DNA of 64,000 nucleotides from positions 1,426,001-1,490,000 of the forward strand of contig BQFW01000002.1 of NCBI GenBank assembly GCA_020891255.1. Direction: 5' to 3'. A program made the translations under genes and the position numbers. Shown here piece by piece: positions 1-12,228 of the stretch. The notes beneath the pieces are model-generated. The model saw only the letters and a list, made by a program, of their open reading frames with translations, ran no database searches and was not told the DNA's origin. Position 1 is the first letter of the stretch, and each line of letters opens with the position of its first letter. Origin of the DNA: Entomortierella parvispora E1425 (taxonomy: Eukaryota > Fungi > Mortierellomycota).

Positions 1-385
1 GATGGGGAATGACACCATCGAATGGGCGCACAAAAAAGGGCGCAGGGTGGATCAATGAGCAAAGGGCACCAAGGGTTGTTAGGGCAACACGTTTGGCGTC
101 GAACGATCGATTGTTGTTGTCAGGTTTGAAGGACGACACAACGACACGAGGCAGATCAAGGCAGCGTGATGTGGTTGTATTTTTCCAGCAAATCGAGTCG
201 AGTTTTGTTCACAGTGCGTTGATCGAGAATAAAGACCATATCCATCCATCCATGACAAAGATGAAGGCAAGACAAAAAGGCAGTGGGGATGTACAAAAAG
301 AAGAGGAACCATTGCGATTAGCAACGTATCTTTTCACAGGGGCAAATATCTGCGCATCAGATCCACTCGAGAAGCAAGTCCTTAC

Positions 386-503
386 CGTTCTTGCCGTACT
401 CTTCCAAGCCAGCAGCGACCTGGCTTGGAGTCAAACCCTTGTCGGCATCGACTTTGAAGTGGTCGAGGATCACCTTGGGTGATCTCGTGAAGGAATCGTT
501 CAT
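386..503 (-). CDS. First exon of a P-type (SERCA-like, type IIA) Ca2+-transporting ATPase; the rest of the gene lies before the window start
   Basis: ATG at 503 gives MNDSFTRSPKVILDHFKVDADKGLTPSQVAAGLEEYGKN, followed by a GTAAGG donor at 385. This matches the cation-ATPase N-terminal pattern (..F.V....GL+..QV......YG.N ELP). No further exon is visible in the window. Confidence 0.75.
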
Positions 504-1033
504 TGCAGTTGATCCGATGAAGAAGCGGAAATGAGCTCTAGAGGAATCCGGATCAGGACAAGGACGAGAGGGAGAGGGAGAGAGAGGGTGGAGGTTAGTT
601 GGGGAAGGAAGCAAGCAAAAAGAAAGAAAGAGCGAAGGCGCCGCGCAGGTTGCCAGGTCGAGTCTGGTCGGTCGGAGGTTGGTCCGGTGTCTGGTGTGGT
701 GTCGATGATGAATCAGATGATGGGGTCATCAGTCTCTCTCTCTCTCTCTTGCTTAGGGGAGATGACAGTGGACAGTGGCCAGTTACCTGAAAGAGACGGA
801 ATCGATTCTGCGTTCTGGCTAGTGCAAGTAGGGCTTCGGGGAAAGAAGCGAGACTGGCAAGGACCAAGAAGGGAGAGGAAGGAAAGGACAAAGGAAGGGG
901 ATGATGGAAAGAGATGGAAACAAGATGATGATGATGCGCGTCCCTTTTTTTTTTTTTTTTTTTTTTTTGGGTTCACATTCAACACAAAAAGAAATGCATT
1001 CAGCCTTCAGCCCAGCTTGCTTAGTTCTGTTCT

Positions 1034-1035
<2 letters not shown>

Positions 1036-1071
<36 letters not shown>

Positions 1072-1125
1072 GTCTCTCTCTGAATGAACCAGTTGCAGTG
1101 CACCAGCACATACACATACACATAC

Positions 1126-1156
<31 letters not shown>

Positions 1157-1170
1157 TACCCATACACATG
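1036..1170. repeat. Compound microsatellite: (CT)n followed by about 10 copies of (CACATA)
   Basis: Directly visible; it produces the spurious HTHTHT/VYVYVY/MCMCMC ORFs. Confidence 0.95.
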
Positions 1171-1203
1171 CACACAACACCCCCCGAGAAAGACCAGATC
1201 GGG

Positions 1204-1213
1204 ATCACGTGAT
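1204..1213. promoter_or_regulatory. Palindromic extended E-box ATCACGTGAT (candidate bHLH site) about 700 bp upstream of the Ca2+-ATPase
   Basis: Exact 10-bp palindrome; function is inferred only. Confidence 0.25.
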
Positions 1214-1345
1214 GCGTCCTTTTTGGCGAGTAGATGTGTGCCTGTGTGCCTGTGCCTGTTTGTGCGTGTCATCGTGGTGGTTGGTGCCTGGTCCTTTCGT
1301 TTCTTTTTTTCTTTTTTATTATTAGCCCATGCTGGCTGGCTTGCT

Positions 1346-1349
1346 TGCT

Positions 1350-1390
<41 letters not shown>

Positions 1391-1392
1391 TT
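1346..1392. repeat. (CTT)n trinucleotide microsatellite
   Basis: Directly visible; source of the poly-E/poly-K/poly-L/poly-F ORF artefacts. Confidence 0.9.
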
Positions 1393-1827
1393 GTATCGCA
1401 GTGCAGTAAGGACAGATCTCATCCTTTGACTCGGTCTCGACTCGGCTCTTCCACGCAACACCGTTCCCTTTCCTTTCCCTCATCTCTTCTCTTGTTCTCT
1501 GTTTTCTTGTTCTCCTTTCTTTTGTGCTCGCTGCCTGTGCTCTTGTAACCAGACCTGCTGCTGCCTCTCTTGTTCCAGCCCACTGGGCCCACGTTGCATT
1601 CGCTGAACTCAAAACGCTGACAAATGAGCGCTCTTCTTCTTTCGGGTCCAGTCCTTGCGCCCCCATGCTGTTTATTTCTTCATTTGTTGCTATCGACTTT
1701 ATATTTTTCAACGGCCGTCCGTTGTGTACCCATGGTGCTTGTGCGCAGAATCATTGTCCCTTGGTAAAGAAATTGCTTCTTTTTTCTTTTTTTTTTTCTA
1801 CTCATTTTTTTTTTTTTTTTTTTTTTT

Positions 1828-4049
1828 TTACCAGACATATCGCATGTCAATCAGCTCTGTCCTCAGTCTCTCGTCCAAACCCTCAAGCGGGGTTGGTGGC
1901 ACACTGCTCTCGAACGATTGCCGTGACAGACTCTGGCGAGCCTGACGAGCCGCCCTGGACTTTTGAACTTCCATTCGTCGGGCCATGTTGAACTGGTACT
2001 GGCCCAACGCCTCTTCCAGGTGTGCATTCCAGACTTCGTAAGATTGGGCTGAATCTGAAAAGGCGTACATGCAATAGTCGAGCTCATCTGCACGCACACC
2101 AGCACCAGTCTTTGGGTCCATCCCGTGCGGATCCACGACAAGAGACATGCCGTTGGCTCCTACATCCACCTTTTCGTAATCAGGAGGTTGCACGCCAGTG
2201 ATATGGGCCAACGGAAGCACAGAGATTACGTCGCGTTGCTGTTTGTCAAAATGAAAAACAAGACCATGTGTTGTGTTACTGCTGTGGACATGCACTTGGT
2301 TCAAGAACATGGCACCTGAAATTCATCACGGTCATCTTACCAGCTGGTACTCTGCATCGTATAGCTTGATAGCTCGACCCTCCAAAACGGCCCAGTATCT
2401 CTTCCAGGACTAGAGAGTATCCATGAACGGTTCAGTTAATTGGGCAGCCTTGGCTATTGCGGCATGCAGCATTGAACGCCTGTTTTTTTTTTTTTTGCTT
2501 ACAGACGACCTTCCACCCCGAGTCATCATCGTGAGGAATCCCTGATGCAATGTCTCTGTTTCCCATGCCATGTCCTCTTCTGGCTCTTCAGCAATGTGCA
2601 TCGCTACCATGACCACGACCTCACAGTCCGTCTTGATGCTGGACTTTGCAGAGTCGGGCGTCAGTCGGTAGGTATGGATGGACTTTTCCATTGACTCGAG
2701 GCAGAAGGAGAGTCCAAGGCTACCCAAGTTCACAGTCTGATTGTTGCAGAAACCTGCCATAGTTCCGAACTTTGTCACTACAGGATTGCCCAGAACAGTG
2801 ATATCCAGCTGAAATGAATCATTGACCTCACTAGAGACATAGAGGAAGAGTGAAAAAGTCAGCGTCAACGGCAGGCTGGTTAGAATGTCCATCGGATAGC
2901 AACCGCGTAAACATGATGATGCAGGGTATCCACGTAGAACAAAGAAGGAAAACCTTACAACATAAAGACCTCGTTCATCGTCGCCGTGTTGCCGGGATTG
3001 TCCTTGAAGGATCGCGATGGGTGAGATGCTCCTTCCTGGGATCCGACACGGAGATTCCACTCGACATCAAATATCTTTGTCGATGCCTTGTTGGTCACTT
3101 GCATCACTATTCCACTCAATTGAAAATACAAAAGATATGTAAGGATTGCTATTCTTCTTTGCTTGGTCTATCGATCCACTTCTCCAGCGCGTGTCTCCGC
3201 ATTGAACAGCACTGTACGCACATCTGACCAGAAACAGTCCTGTTGAGTCGTGTGCTTCGACGGGCGATCTATATTGGCCGTTTCTATCCACAGGAAGAGC
3301 CACATTGAGATAGATGAGTATCAAATAGAATCAAGTAGCCAATTCTGATGCAGGGACAAGAGATAGCGACAGCGAGCTTTGGAACCGACAAAAGGCAACG
3401 GAGCAACGAAAACAACGGTAGAGAAATTCAAAATCATCAACATGGAATAAAGCCTGTTCTCGTCCTCCCTCACTCTGTTATTTTTTTTTTTTTTTTTTTT
3501 TTACCTGTGCTCCCATGCTGGCTCTGTGTTGAGGACCTTGTGAATCCATGCCTGTCTCTGATCTGAGAATTGGTCCATAGAAGACACTCTGGATGGAAAG
3601 TGCATGATGGGTGGCTCTTCTTTTGTAAAGATCTTTCCGGACCCGGGACTCTGTGGACTCTTGTATCCACCAGTGCGACCGGTCTCGATCATACTGCCGC
3701 GACGACCCGACTTTCTCGTTGTCACCCTCAAGAACTGGCCCAAGGTTGGGTTGTGAGCATTGCCGATAGGCAAGTTGGTATTGTTGGTACTAAGGCTCGA
3801 GGTGGTGGCGCCACTGCTGTTGGTGTTGATCCGGGAAATGTTGTTCTCCAAAGTAGAATCACTGATTGCTGAAGAAGGTGAGCTAGGTTCGATCATGGTC
3901 TTCACGGCTCGATGAGCCGTCATTGCATCCTTTTTCCTCTCTCCTCCTGAAAATGGCGACTTTTTCACCTGCTTGCTCAAGTAGTGAGCAGGAAGGGACA
4001 GCGCGCCTTGAAGGTCCTTACTGAATCGTTTAAAGGTATCGTTCTGCAT
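1828..4049 (-). CDS. Multi-exon anillin/Bud4-like protein (Ser-rich N-terminus, C2-like region, C-terminal PH domain); 5' end uncertain
   Basis: Spliced segments ETLHQGFLTMMTRGGRSS / SWKRYWAVLEGRAIKLYDAEYQL / RDVISVLPLAHITGV...YCMYAFSDSAQSYEVWNAHLEEAL form a PH fold with the terminal Trp helix. They are preceded by the C2-like stretch EVNDSFQLDITVLG...LGSLGLSFCLE. Confidence 0.6.
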
Positions 4050-5903
4050 GATGATATGGGTGTTAACGGGGCCCAGGCGAGGAGTTGGGTTGAATGACGC
4101 TTGATAAACGTCCTGAGCAAGTTGGAAGCAGAAAAGGAAGAAAAGGTGAAAGCGATAGTAGTCATAGAGATGACGCTCTAGCGGACTGTCTGATACGGTT
4201 CCAACGTCGCAGGACCTTGACGGGTTCCAGCCCCAACCAGGACGTGAAAACTAAAAAAAAAGTCCGTGCAGCAGCAACGGCTCCCTTTGGCAGCGTAACA
4301 CACAAAGTCCTGCGTCTGAATTGGTCCTTTCGTCATGTTTGGCATCTCGTCCTCTTTGGTACTCCTATCCTGGCCCCAGAGATCCGTTCGCGGCGCGACG
4401 CGTCCTGTGGGTGCCAATACAGCGCTCGAGCCATGGACCCTTGACTACGACTGCCCGTAATCAACTCCTTTTTGGATGTGGTTGTCGATCTTCTCCCTTG
4501 CTGATACGGCCCCCCATTTTTTTTTTTTTTTTTTTTTTTTTCGGTTGACCGTCCCCTTTGTTAGCTCCGTGTAGATGGTCTGGTCCTCCTAGAGAGTCCA
4601 GGCCATGCTATTGCTCCGGTGGCCATCTTGTGAGGAGAGCTGCCAAGAGACCAGCAAGTAGAGCATCTCAAAGCAACTTGATGTTCCTTTGGGTCCATTG
4701 GTGTACCAGTAAAAATAGTCGACATCCGATAAGAAGAAGCTCTTGCACAAACAAGAGTGCAGACGAGCAAGCTAGAGGTACTCGAGTCGAGCAAACAAAG
4801 AGAGCTAGCTCTGTCTGTCCGTTTAGGTTGTTCTTCACTCTCTTGTACTTCCGGAAACTCATGCATCCTGCAGCCATAAATTAATTTACTTCGCCGTCCG
4901 CTGCATGGTTGTCGTTGCTTCCTTGTTGATGTTGTTGACTCTTTGTTGCACACCAATCGACATAAATATCCACAACACATTCCACAACGGACATGATCCC
5001 AACACCTCTGCCCCTCGCGCACTCTCGCCTCTCCGTTACTACCAGCCCATGACGACCATCCTTTAGTTACCACACCGGCACCCCACCTCACCGTCTCATC
5101 CACCACCATTCGCTAACGATAGCCCACTTGGGTCTTTCGTCACAAACTTCATCTTGCAAGAGGAACCATGTTCTTGGTGTACTTATCGAGTCGACAACTG
5201 CCCAAGTGACTGAATCAGCCGCATTCTTGGTCAGGGTCCCTTTTTTTGTCTCTCTTCCGGGCACGCTTCCTTGCACACGACGCACACAACACCGCTCACC
5301 CCTGTCATACCATATCGTATCGTTACAGCAATTTGTTCATTTCGTCAATTCGCGCATCCTAATCGGACTAGACCCGAGTCCATCCGCGGGCCACCATTGG
5401 GCTGCTATCTCTCCTTTTCTGCTTTTGTTTCCTTGCATGCCTGACCCTGATCACCTACTCTGCATCATCCACACATCATCCTATCCACGCCAATAGCCAC
5501 ACGGTGAGGAGTAGCCCTTGTTTTTTGTTTAAAAAAAGGTGTCCCCCCGCTCCCTCCTGTCTGCGCCCCTCTTTTCATTTGTCAAACAATCTGAAGCTGC
5601 ACCTCCCCACCATTCGATATCCCCACCTCCACTCGTTGCCGACCACGCTCTTTGGCAATCCGTATCTCGCCCAAGTGACAAGCTTAAGGAAGTCTGCTCG
5701 TCTTTTTATATCCTGACAAAACCCGCCCTTTTTCTTTTCCTTTATCATTGTTCAATTCCTCGCCTCGCTCTCTTCTTTGTCTTCCTCTCTCTCTCATCGA
5801 ACACTCCTTCCTCTTACTCGTCCTCCCTCCCTCCCTTCCCTGGGCCTTGGCTTAATTCCTCCTTCTTCATTAATTCCGTTACCTCCATCCCCCCCTAATC
5901 ACA

Positions 5904-6602
5904 ATGATGGATCTCAGGTCGCACAGGACGAGTCCGTACCAGCAGAGTCTTGTGTCACGTCCACGACCTACAGGGACCAGCATGTCTCCCGCCCCGCTAA
6001 AGAAGAGCCCACGCCATCGACATTCCGCATCATGGTCTACTCAATCTCCGCGCCAGCGACGCCTGGGCAGCTTTTCGTCGTCCATGGCCCCTACAACCCT
6101 CCACACAGCTGGCAGAGGAAATCTTCAGGAACTTCCGCCCCAGCGCCACGATTCTACCCAAGCCAAGCATGCCCGCAATGCTGAAAGGGGATATCAAGAT
6201 GAGGAGACAGAGGAAGGGAGGGAGGCAAAAGAGGGAGACGATCAGGATCTGAACATGGACGTGGAAGAGGAATTTGAAGACGAGGAGCTGGATCAGAGCA
6301 TGGAACCGGCTATCTTGCGCCTGTGTCCAGAGATACTCGCCTTGATATTCCACTATGTCTATGTGACGCCGGTGGTGCGGCGCCCAACTGCGACTGACAA
6401 GACGGTGGAACCCCGTGTGGAGGGGACCGATCCAGGGCAAGAATCCCTGACTCCGTCTACCTCGTCACTGTCCCTCGATCTGTCTTCAAGCGATTCGTCC
6501 ATGGGGGCTTTGCCTGATTCAACAATAACAGCAACATCATCAACCGCATTGGTCACAACAACGTCAGAGTCGGACCCCCAGCTCGCAACAACAAACAACA
6601 AT

Positions 6603-6639
<37 letters not shown>

Positions 6640-8660
6640 GCACTGCAGGGGGACAAAAACGCAAAGTCAAGTCGACCGTCTACATTCAAAATGACCTCTC
6701 CTCCATGTTGGCGCTTTGCCTGACCTGTCGAGCCTTTTACCCCCAGGCCGTTCGACTGCTCTGGCGACAGCGCACCTTGGCGAACGATGACGACCTTGCC
6801 GAGTTTTACCAGGCCATCGACTTTTCAAACTCGCTCCGGAAGCGACACCAAAAGCAGCGACAGCAATGGGAACAACAGCGACAAAGGCTAGGCATGGGCT
6901 ATGCGATGGAGGAGGGTCTTTTCAACAATGAAGCTGCGCTCCGTATCAAGTCTTTGACATTACTCGATATGTCCCTCACATCTTCCCCTATCTCGTCTTC
7001 ATGTGGCGCTACTCCCTCCTCGTTGTCATCCTCTGCTTTGCCCCTTGCGTCAACATCCGCCGCCGTCGTCGGATCGTCTTCGTCAGGGTCCTCGTCTTTG
7101 GGGTCCGATCCAGTACAGGCCTTGTCTAGTCAATTCTTTGGAAGCAGTTCCAGCAGCCATGGAGACTCCAATTACCCGCTGGCGGGCAGTGCAGGACTCA
7201 ATCTCTGCCGGGGCATCGACTCTTTAACTGGAAGCTCGTCCATGACGGTGGATGAGAATCTGGCTCAGATCCATCAAAGCTATGGCTCGGACAAGGAGCA
7301 GGCTCAAGCGTCCTGGGTCGCTTCATCGTCCTCAAACTCGACCGCTTCCTCACCCTTGGGGTCGCCCATTATGAGCAAGAGACGGCTTCGACAAAAGACG
7401 AGTTCTATTTACAGCGACATGGTCTCACCCCGACTTTTGCATGCCATCGCCCATCATTGTTACGCACTTGTGGACCTGACCATCTGCATGGACAAGAAGC
7501 CGACGATGCTAACTTTTGCGCCTGCGTTCCAGCCTACAATTGCGTTTTCAATCTTGGCAGGCAGTCTGTTGTCGCTCAAGAGACTCACGCTCATGGGCCT
7601 GGTCTGCGACCCGAACCAGAACAAGACGGGATCCGAACTCTTGTTGTTTGCTCAGCAGGCGCAGCCACTGGAGCGGATCTCGATTCGAACTTGTCAGGGT
7701 ATTTCTTTGGAGACCTATCTGGAATGGGCTATTCGATCCAAGGGCAGCCTCCTCTCTGTGGACTTTCAAGGACTGGACTTTGAATCCAGTGAGGACCTGA
7801 CCGAGATGATGGGTGCCTTTGCTTTTCACTGCAGGAGTCTATCGTCTATCACGTTGTCGTGCGTGAATGCATTGTCGCTGGACGGGATGATGGAGACCTT
7901 TGCTTACTATCGCGCCTTTCAAATCCAGGAGTTGCACGTTCTTGGGCACGATACCTTTCGCACCACTCAACAGGCTGCAGCTGCAGCTCTCCCTGCAGCT
8001 CCAGGAGTCGCGGATGGGGCTGCTGCTGCTGCTGCTGCTGGCATGGCCGCTCCTAATGGGCCACAGGCCAACCCAGAAGGTCTTGCGACTGTCCCTGTCA
8101 CGCAGCTTTGTCACGTTGCGGATGCCAATGTGGCCATGGCTCATCTTGCCCAGCTGTCACTCCGACGATTGACCCTATACTGCCCTGGAATTACAGACTA
8201 CGCCTTGGTCCAATACGTGTCACGTTCCCCTCAACTCATCGACTTGGTCTTGAACGAGCCTACAACTATGTTGCAACTACCTCAATTCCATCATTTTGTG
8301 CAGATGAATGCGCCTCCAGCGCCTACAGCCACGACTGCGGAAACTGCTCACGATCCCGCAGCAGCAGATGGTGTTTCACCACTACCAACACCAACACCAA
8401 CACCCTCACCCTCACAGCCATTCACAAGTGCAGGGTTCTTTACGATCCTCTTGAAGAAGAGTCCGTGGCTCAAGTACATCTTTATGAAGTTGACTTTGGA
8501 CACGGCTCAAGAATGGATCGCCCAGCCCTGCTTCAAGGAGCTGGGACTCGACAAGTGTCTTTATCAGTATCGGACGGCCACCGGTGCACCAGCTGTTGTC
8601 CTCATGTGGGATACCCGTGGTTCGAGTGCCCGAGTCACTTCTGCCACTCCCTCTTCCTAA
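5904..8660 (+). CDS. F-box / RNI-like leucine-rich-repeat protein (918 aa, single exon)
   Basis: F-box-like motif ILRLCPEILALIFHYV; LRR-like segments LKRLTLMG, LERISIRTCQGIS, LSSITLSCVNALS, LRRLTLYCPGITD; poly-Asn from (AAC)n at about 6588-6638. Confidence 0.75.
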
Positions 8661-8782
8661 TAGCATTTGATATCCTACCTTTCTCGTACACTACCTTGTA
8701 ACATTGTTCCCACTCATAGTCATAATACCTTTCGTTAGAAACAAATACAACCCTAATACTTTTTTCTTTTTATTTGATGTTG

Positions 8783-9601
8783 TTATTGATATTGTCCTCG
8801 CTGAGGTCGTCCATAGAGGATATCGCTCCTGACAACGTACTTGACACCTTCTGTGACCTTGGAGCCCTCATGGACCAAATCATGTTGAAAGACCAAGATC
8901 TGTCCCGGCTTGGGGCTCACTTCCAGCTTTTCAATGGCTCCTCCTCGATCAGAGCTAAACTCTCGCTCGTTCAAGAACGAGGTGGCGCCTCCTGTGCATG
9001 TGTCGTTCAAATAAAACTGAATCGTGACCTTGGTAACATGACCGGATCCATCGGTGCGACGGTATTCGCCATCCATATGGGGTTGAAACTGATCGCTGGG
9101 TCCATATTTCAGAAAGCGAAGTCGTTCATTCAGTTCGATCCTGGGTCGGTGCTCGTATTCGAGGGGGATATAGGGTTCGATTCTCTTCCACAGTTCGTCG
9201 GCAAAGGCCCTGTCGTCAATGATGCACCGCTGACCGTCTCTGTAACCGGGAATTCGGACACCTACACCACTTGAACCCATGTTGACCAAGGCCTGGCCGT
9301 AGCCGATGGCCTCGGACCGTTCAATCATAGCCTGGCACTCTTCTGGCGTTAGGATGGATTGGACCGTGAGGGCGAGAATATTCTCGTGCTGACGACGCTT
9401 GGAGATGAGATGCTTGAGATCCAGACGGGTCGGCTCGGGCGGCGTTTCTTGAAGGCGGGCTGTGACAGACGGGTTGAGGATGGAGTGGAGAGGCGACCGT
9501 TGCTGTTCCTGCTGGGTCATCATTTTCCTCAGTCTTGGTCTTGGAATAGGGAGCTGTGAGATACGTTGCTTGTTCAGATGGGAAAGAATAGAAAATGTCA
9601 T
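8783..9601 (-). CDS. 2-oxoglutarate/Fe(II)-dependent oxygenase, prolyl-4-hydroxylase-like; the start may be the ATG at 9523
   Basis: LNERLRFLKY...F.PHMDG (HxD), TIQFYLN...GGATSF, LVFQHDLVHEG..V..GVKYVVRSD (distal His and Lys/Arg). Confidence 0.9.
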   Translation of the reverse strand: MTFSILSHLNKQRISQLPIPRPRLRKMMTQQEQQRSPLHSILNPSVTARLQETPPEPTRLDLKHLISKRRQHENILALTVQSILTPEECQAMIERSEAIGYGQALVNMGSSGVGVRIPGYRDGQRCIIDDRAFADELWKRIEPYIPLEYEHRPRIELNERLRFLKYGPSDQFQPHMDGEYRRTDGSGHVTKVTIQFYLNDTCTGGATSFLNEREFSSDRGGAIEKLEVSPKPGQILVFQHDLVHEGSKVTEGVKYVVRSDILYGRPQRGQYQ

Positions 9602-9883
9602 TGCCCATCAAACGGGCAAGGGTGGAGGTATGGGAAAGTGGAAAGAAGAAAAAGAAAAGAGAAGGCCCTTTTTTTATGTTCCCGGAAGTTTACCCCATGG
9701 CAAGCTGCACAACATCGACCACGCCTCACCACCTGGCAGTGCCACAAGCGTCCAGCACGATGTGCTTCGCACCTTCCAGTCACGTGGTCAAGACGCGGTT
9801 TTTTTTGTTGTGTTTTTTCTTCACGCGAGCAGCCATGGCCCCATTCGTCATCACCCTCACCCCTCTCCACTAAACCCTTCAAG
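9602..9883. promoter_or_regulatory. Short divergent intergenic region (oxygenase / Myb-U-box gene) with E-box GTCACGTGGT at 9779-9788
   Basis: Head-to-head gene arrangement; the CACGTG core is visible. Confidence 0.4.
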
Positions 9884-12001
9884 ATGGCCAACTCGAGCAA
9901 TAGCTCGCGCTCTAGCTCGCCCAGTGTTGCGAGTGAAAAGGCACGCTGCACAGTCTTCCGCAAGGAATACGAATATGGTAATGAATGAAACATTTCTTTC
10001 GAATGACATGTAAAATAAATGCCAAATGCAGCACCCTTTCACATTGAATGAGCAAGGCGCTTACACTAGCACGACAACTGTTGTATTGTGCCTGTTTTCT
10101 TAGCCAAAGTGAAAAACAACTTTGCAAAGCCGTCGTCCAAGCCCGCCCTTTCTGATACCCGCCCAGTCAACATGCTTGCGCTGTTGATCAAGCAACGCGA
10201 GGAAGAAAAGGCTCGAGAGGATGACGGGCCTACCCTTGCCACCGTCATGACTGAAGACAACAAAGAGAATGTGTAAGTGGATGGGAAACATATAAACGGT
10301 GGTCCAACATGACGAGAAGAATGGATGATATCTTCAGCGAGAACATGATAACTTAGCATCCCTATTTTTTTATTTCTTATTTTTTATTTTTATTTTTTTA
10401 AAAAAAATAGTGACACGATCCAGACCGTCCGGAAAGAGCGTGTGTTTGAACAGGACGTGACAGAAAAGGAAATGGATATCATCCAGCAGCGCATTGCCTT
10501 CCAGCAACGCCAATTTGCTGCCTTTGAGGAAAAGGAGAAGCTGAGACGTTACAGGAAGCTGAAGCAGCATTACGGATACCTGGTCGAGGCCGAGATTGAT
10601 GAAGCCTTGGAGGACTGTGCCAATGATGAAGACGATGTCTTTGTTCAGTTCAGTACCCGCGGTTATCTGGAAAAGATTAGAAGGACCATCGCTATCCGGA
10701 ACCATAAGCCGGCCAAGGTCACCGTCATGGATGATCAACAGCGGGCTCGATATGAGGAGCATTTGAAGAAGCGAAGAGAAGCTCCACGCATGCGCACCAC
10801 CGAGACTATGAAAAAGTAAGAAATTGCCCCCTAATACTTTGGCACAATTGAAAGACCTTTCTCGTTCCTTTGTGACTAACGAGCTATATTTGTTCCGCCT
10901 AGACAATACCGTATGGGTGGTCGTTTGGGCCTGGACGAGGCTTTGAAGCAGGTTCAGGAAAACAAGGTCGATGCCTCCAAGGCCTTTGAGGGCTGGTCCG
11001 ATGCCCGTGTGAAGGCGTACGCGGCCATTGACAAGAAGCCCAACACTTATTATTACCGCTTCAACGCTCCTGGCGAGGTCCAACGCAAGGGTGCCTGGAC
11101 CAAGGATGAACAAAAGCTTTTCCATGAGCGTTTGAACGAAATTGGGGCTAATGGTCAATGGGGTTTGTTTTCCATGACCATCCCTGGACGTGTCGGCTAC
11201 CAATGCTCGAATTACTACCGATTGTTGGTCGAGACCAACCAGATCAACGATCCCAACTACGTTTTGGACGAGAAGGGCAAGGCTCACTATCTGTTCGATA
11301 AGAAGGGCGCCAACGGAGAGACCACCAAGGAGTTCCGAACCCACAACAAACACAACACGACCGGCGAGGAAAGACCCGTTGTTGTCAAGGCGCCCAAGGA
11401 ACCCAAGCCTCCCAAGGAGCCTAAGCCTCCCAAGGTACCCAAAGCACCCAAGGAACCTAAACCTCCCAAGCCAGTCAAGGAGCCCAAGACATCCGTCGCA
11501 GCCAGTCGCAAAAAGAGAAAAAGACGTGGAGGATACAACAGCGACGATTCTTCGGATATCTCTGAATTTGATTGTGATGACTCTGGATCGTACATGGCGA
11601 AATGGAGCACGACCAAACGAACAAGGGCTCGTGTCGCTGCAGCGGAGGGATCGACTTCTGCGGCTGGCGCTGCTGCTGCTACTGCCGGCTCGGGTGGATC
11701 AGGATCAGGATCCGTTGCTGGCGGTAGCGATGAAGAGGAATACGAATCCGAGAATGAGATTGATGCCATGAACCCACTGCCTGGCTTTATTGACCCTATC
11801 ACTTTGGAGGTGGTGGAGAAGCCTGCCATCTCCAAGTATGGCCATGTCATGGGCTACGACAGTTGGATTCGCTGTCTGTTGCAGGAGGGCTCGACCAAGA
11901 ACATTTGTCCATTGACCAAGAAACCTCTCACCAAGCGCGATGTCACTGTGCTCACTTTTGAAAACATTGAGGAATACAGGGACAAGATTGTCAACATGTA
12001 A
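9884..12001 (+). CDS. Four-exon protein with a UBA/CUE-like helical segment, a Myb/SANT domain, Lys/Pro repeats and a C-terminal U-box-like domain
   Basis: The ORF pieces 9884-, 10088-, 10442- and 10913- are joined through GTAA donors. Myb: RKGAWTKDEQKLFHERLNEIGANGQWGLFSMTIPGRVGYQCSNYYR. U-box-like: LPGFIDPITLEVVEKPAISKYGHVMGYDSWIRCL...CPLTKKPL. Confidence 0.75.
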
Positions 12002-12228
12002 CGGCAACGTCCCTCGTAGCCTTCGGATTGTACGAAATAAAACAATCGCCGTCTTGATAACTGTCCTTTACAATGTCCAGGGATATGTACATGCATGCAG
12101 AAAAAGATAAAGGCAAGAATTAAGCAATGAACAGATAGAAGACAGGTTGGGTTATTTTTTTTTGTGGTGTTCCTTCAAAGGATAGGCAGTTGCCATGCTT
12201 TTTATTGAGAGAGCTGGGGAGTGATTGT

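Noticed and set aside
531-1711. Many overlapping ORFs with poly-F/K/E and HT/VY/MC repeats
   Set aside because: They arise from microsatellites and homopolymer tracts, with no domain content or splice logic.
5904-9601. F-box gene convergent with a prolyl-hydroxylase-like gene, suggesting a Skp1-hydroxylation (PhyA-like) oxygen-sensing module
   Set aside because: Adjacency alone is weak evidence; F-box genes are very numerous in these fungi and nothing ties this oxygenase to the PhyA subfamily.
10370-11850. Long antisense ORFs over the Myb/U-box gene (and similar ones over the giant gene and MCH1)
   Set aside because: These are shadow ORFs from the codon bias of the real sense-strand genes.
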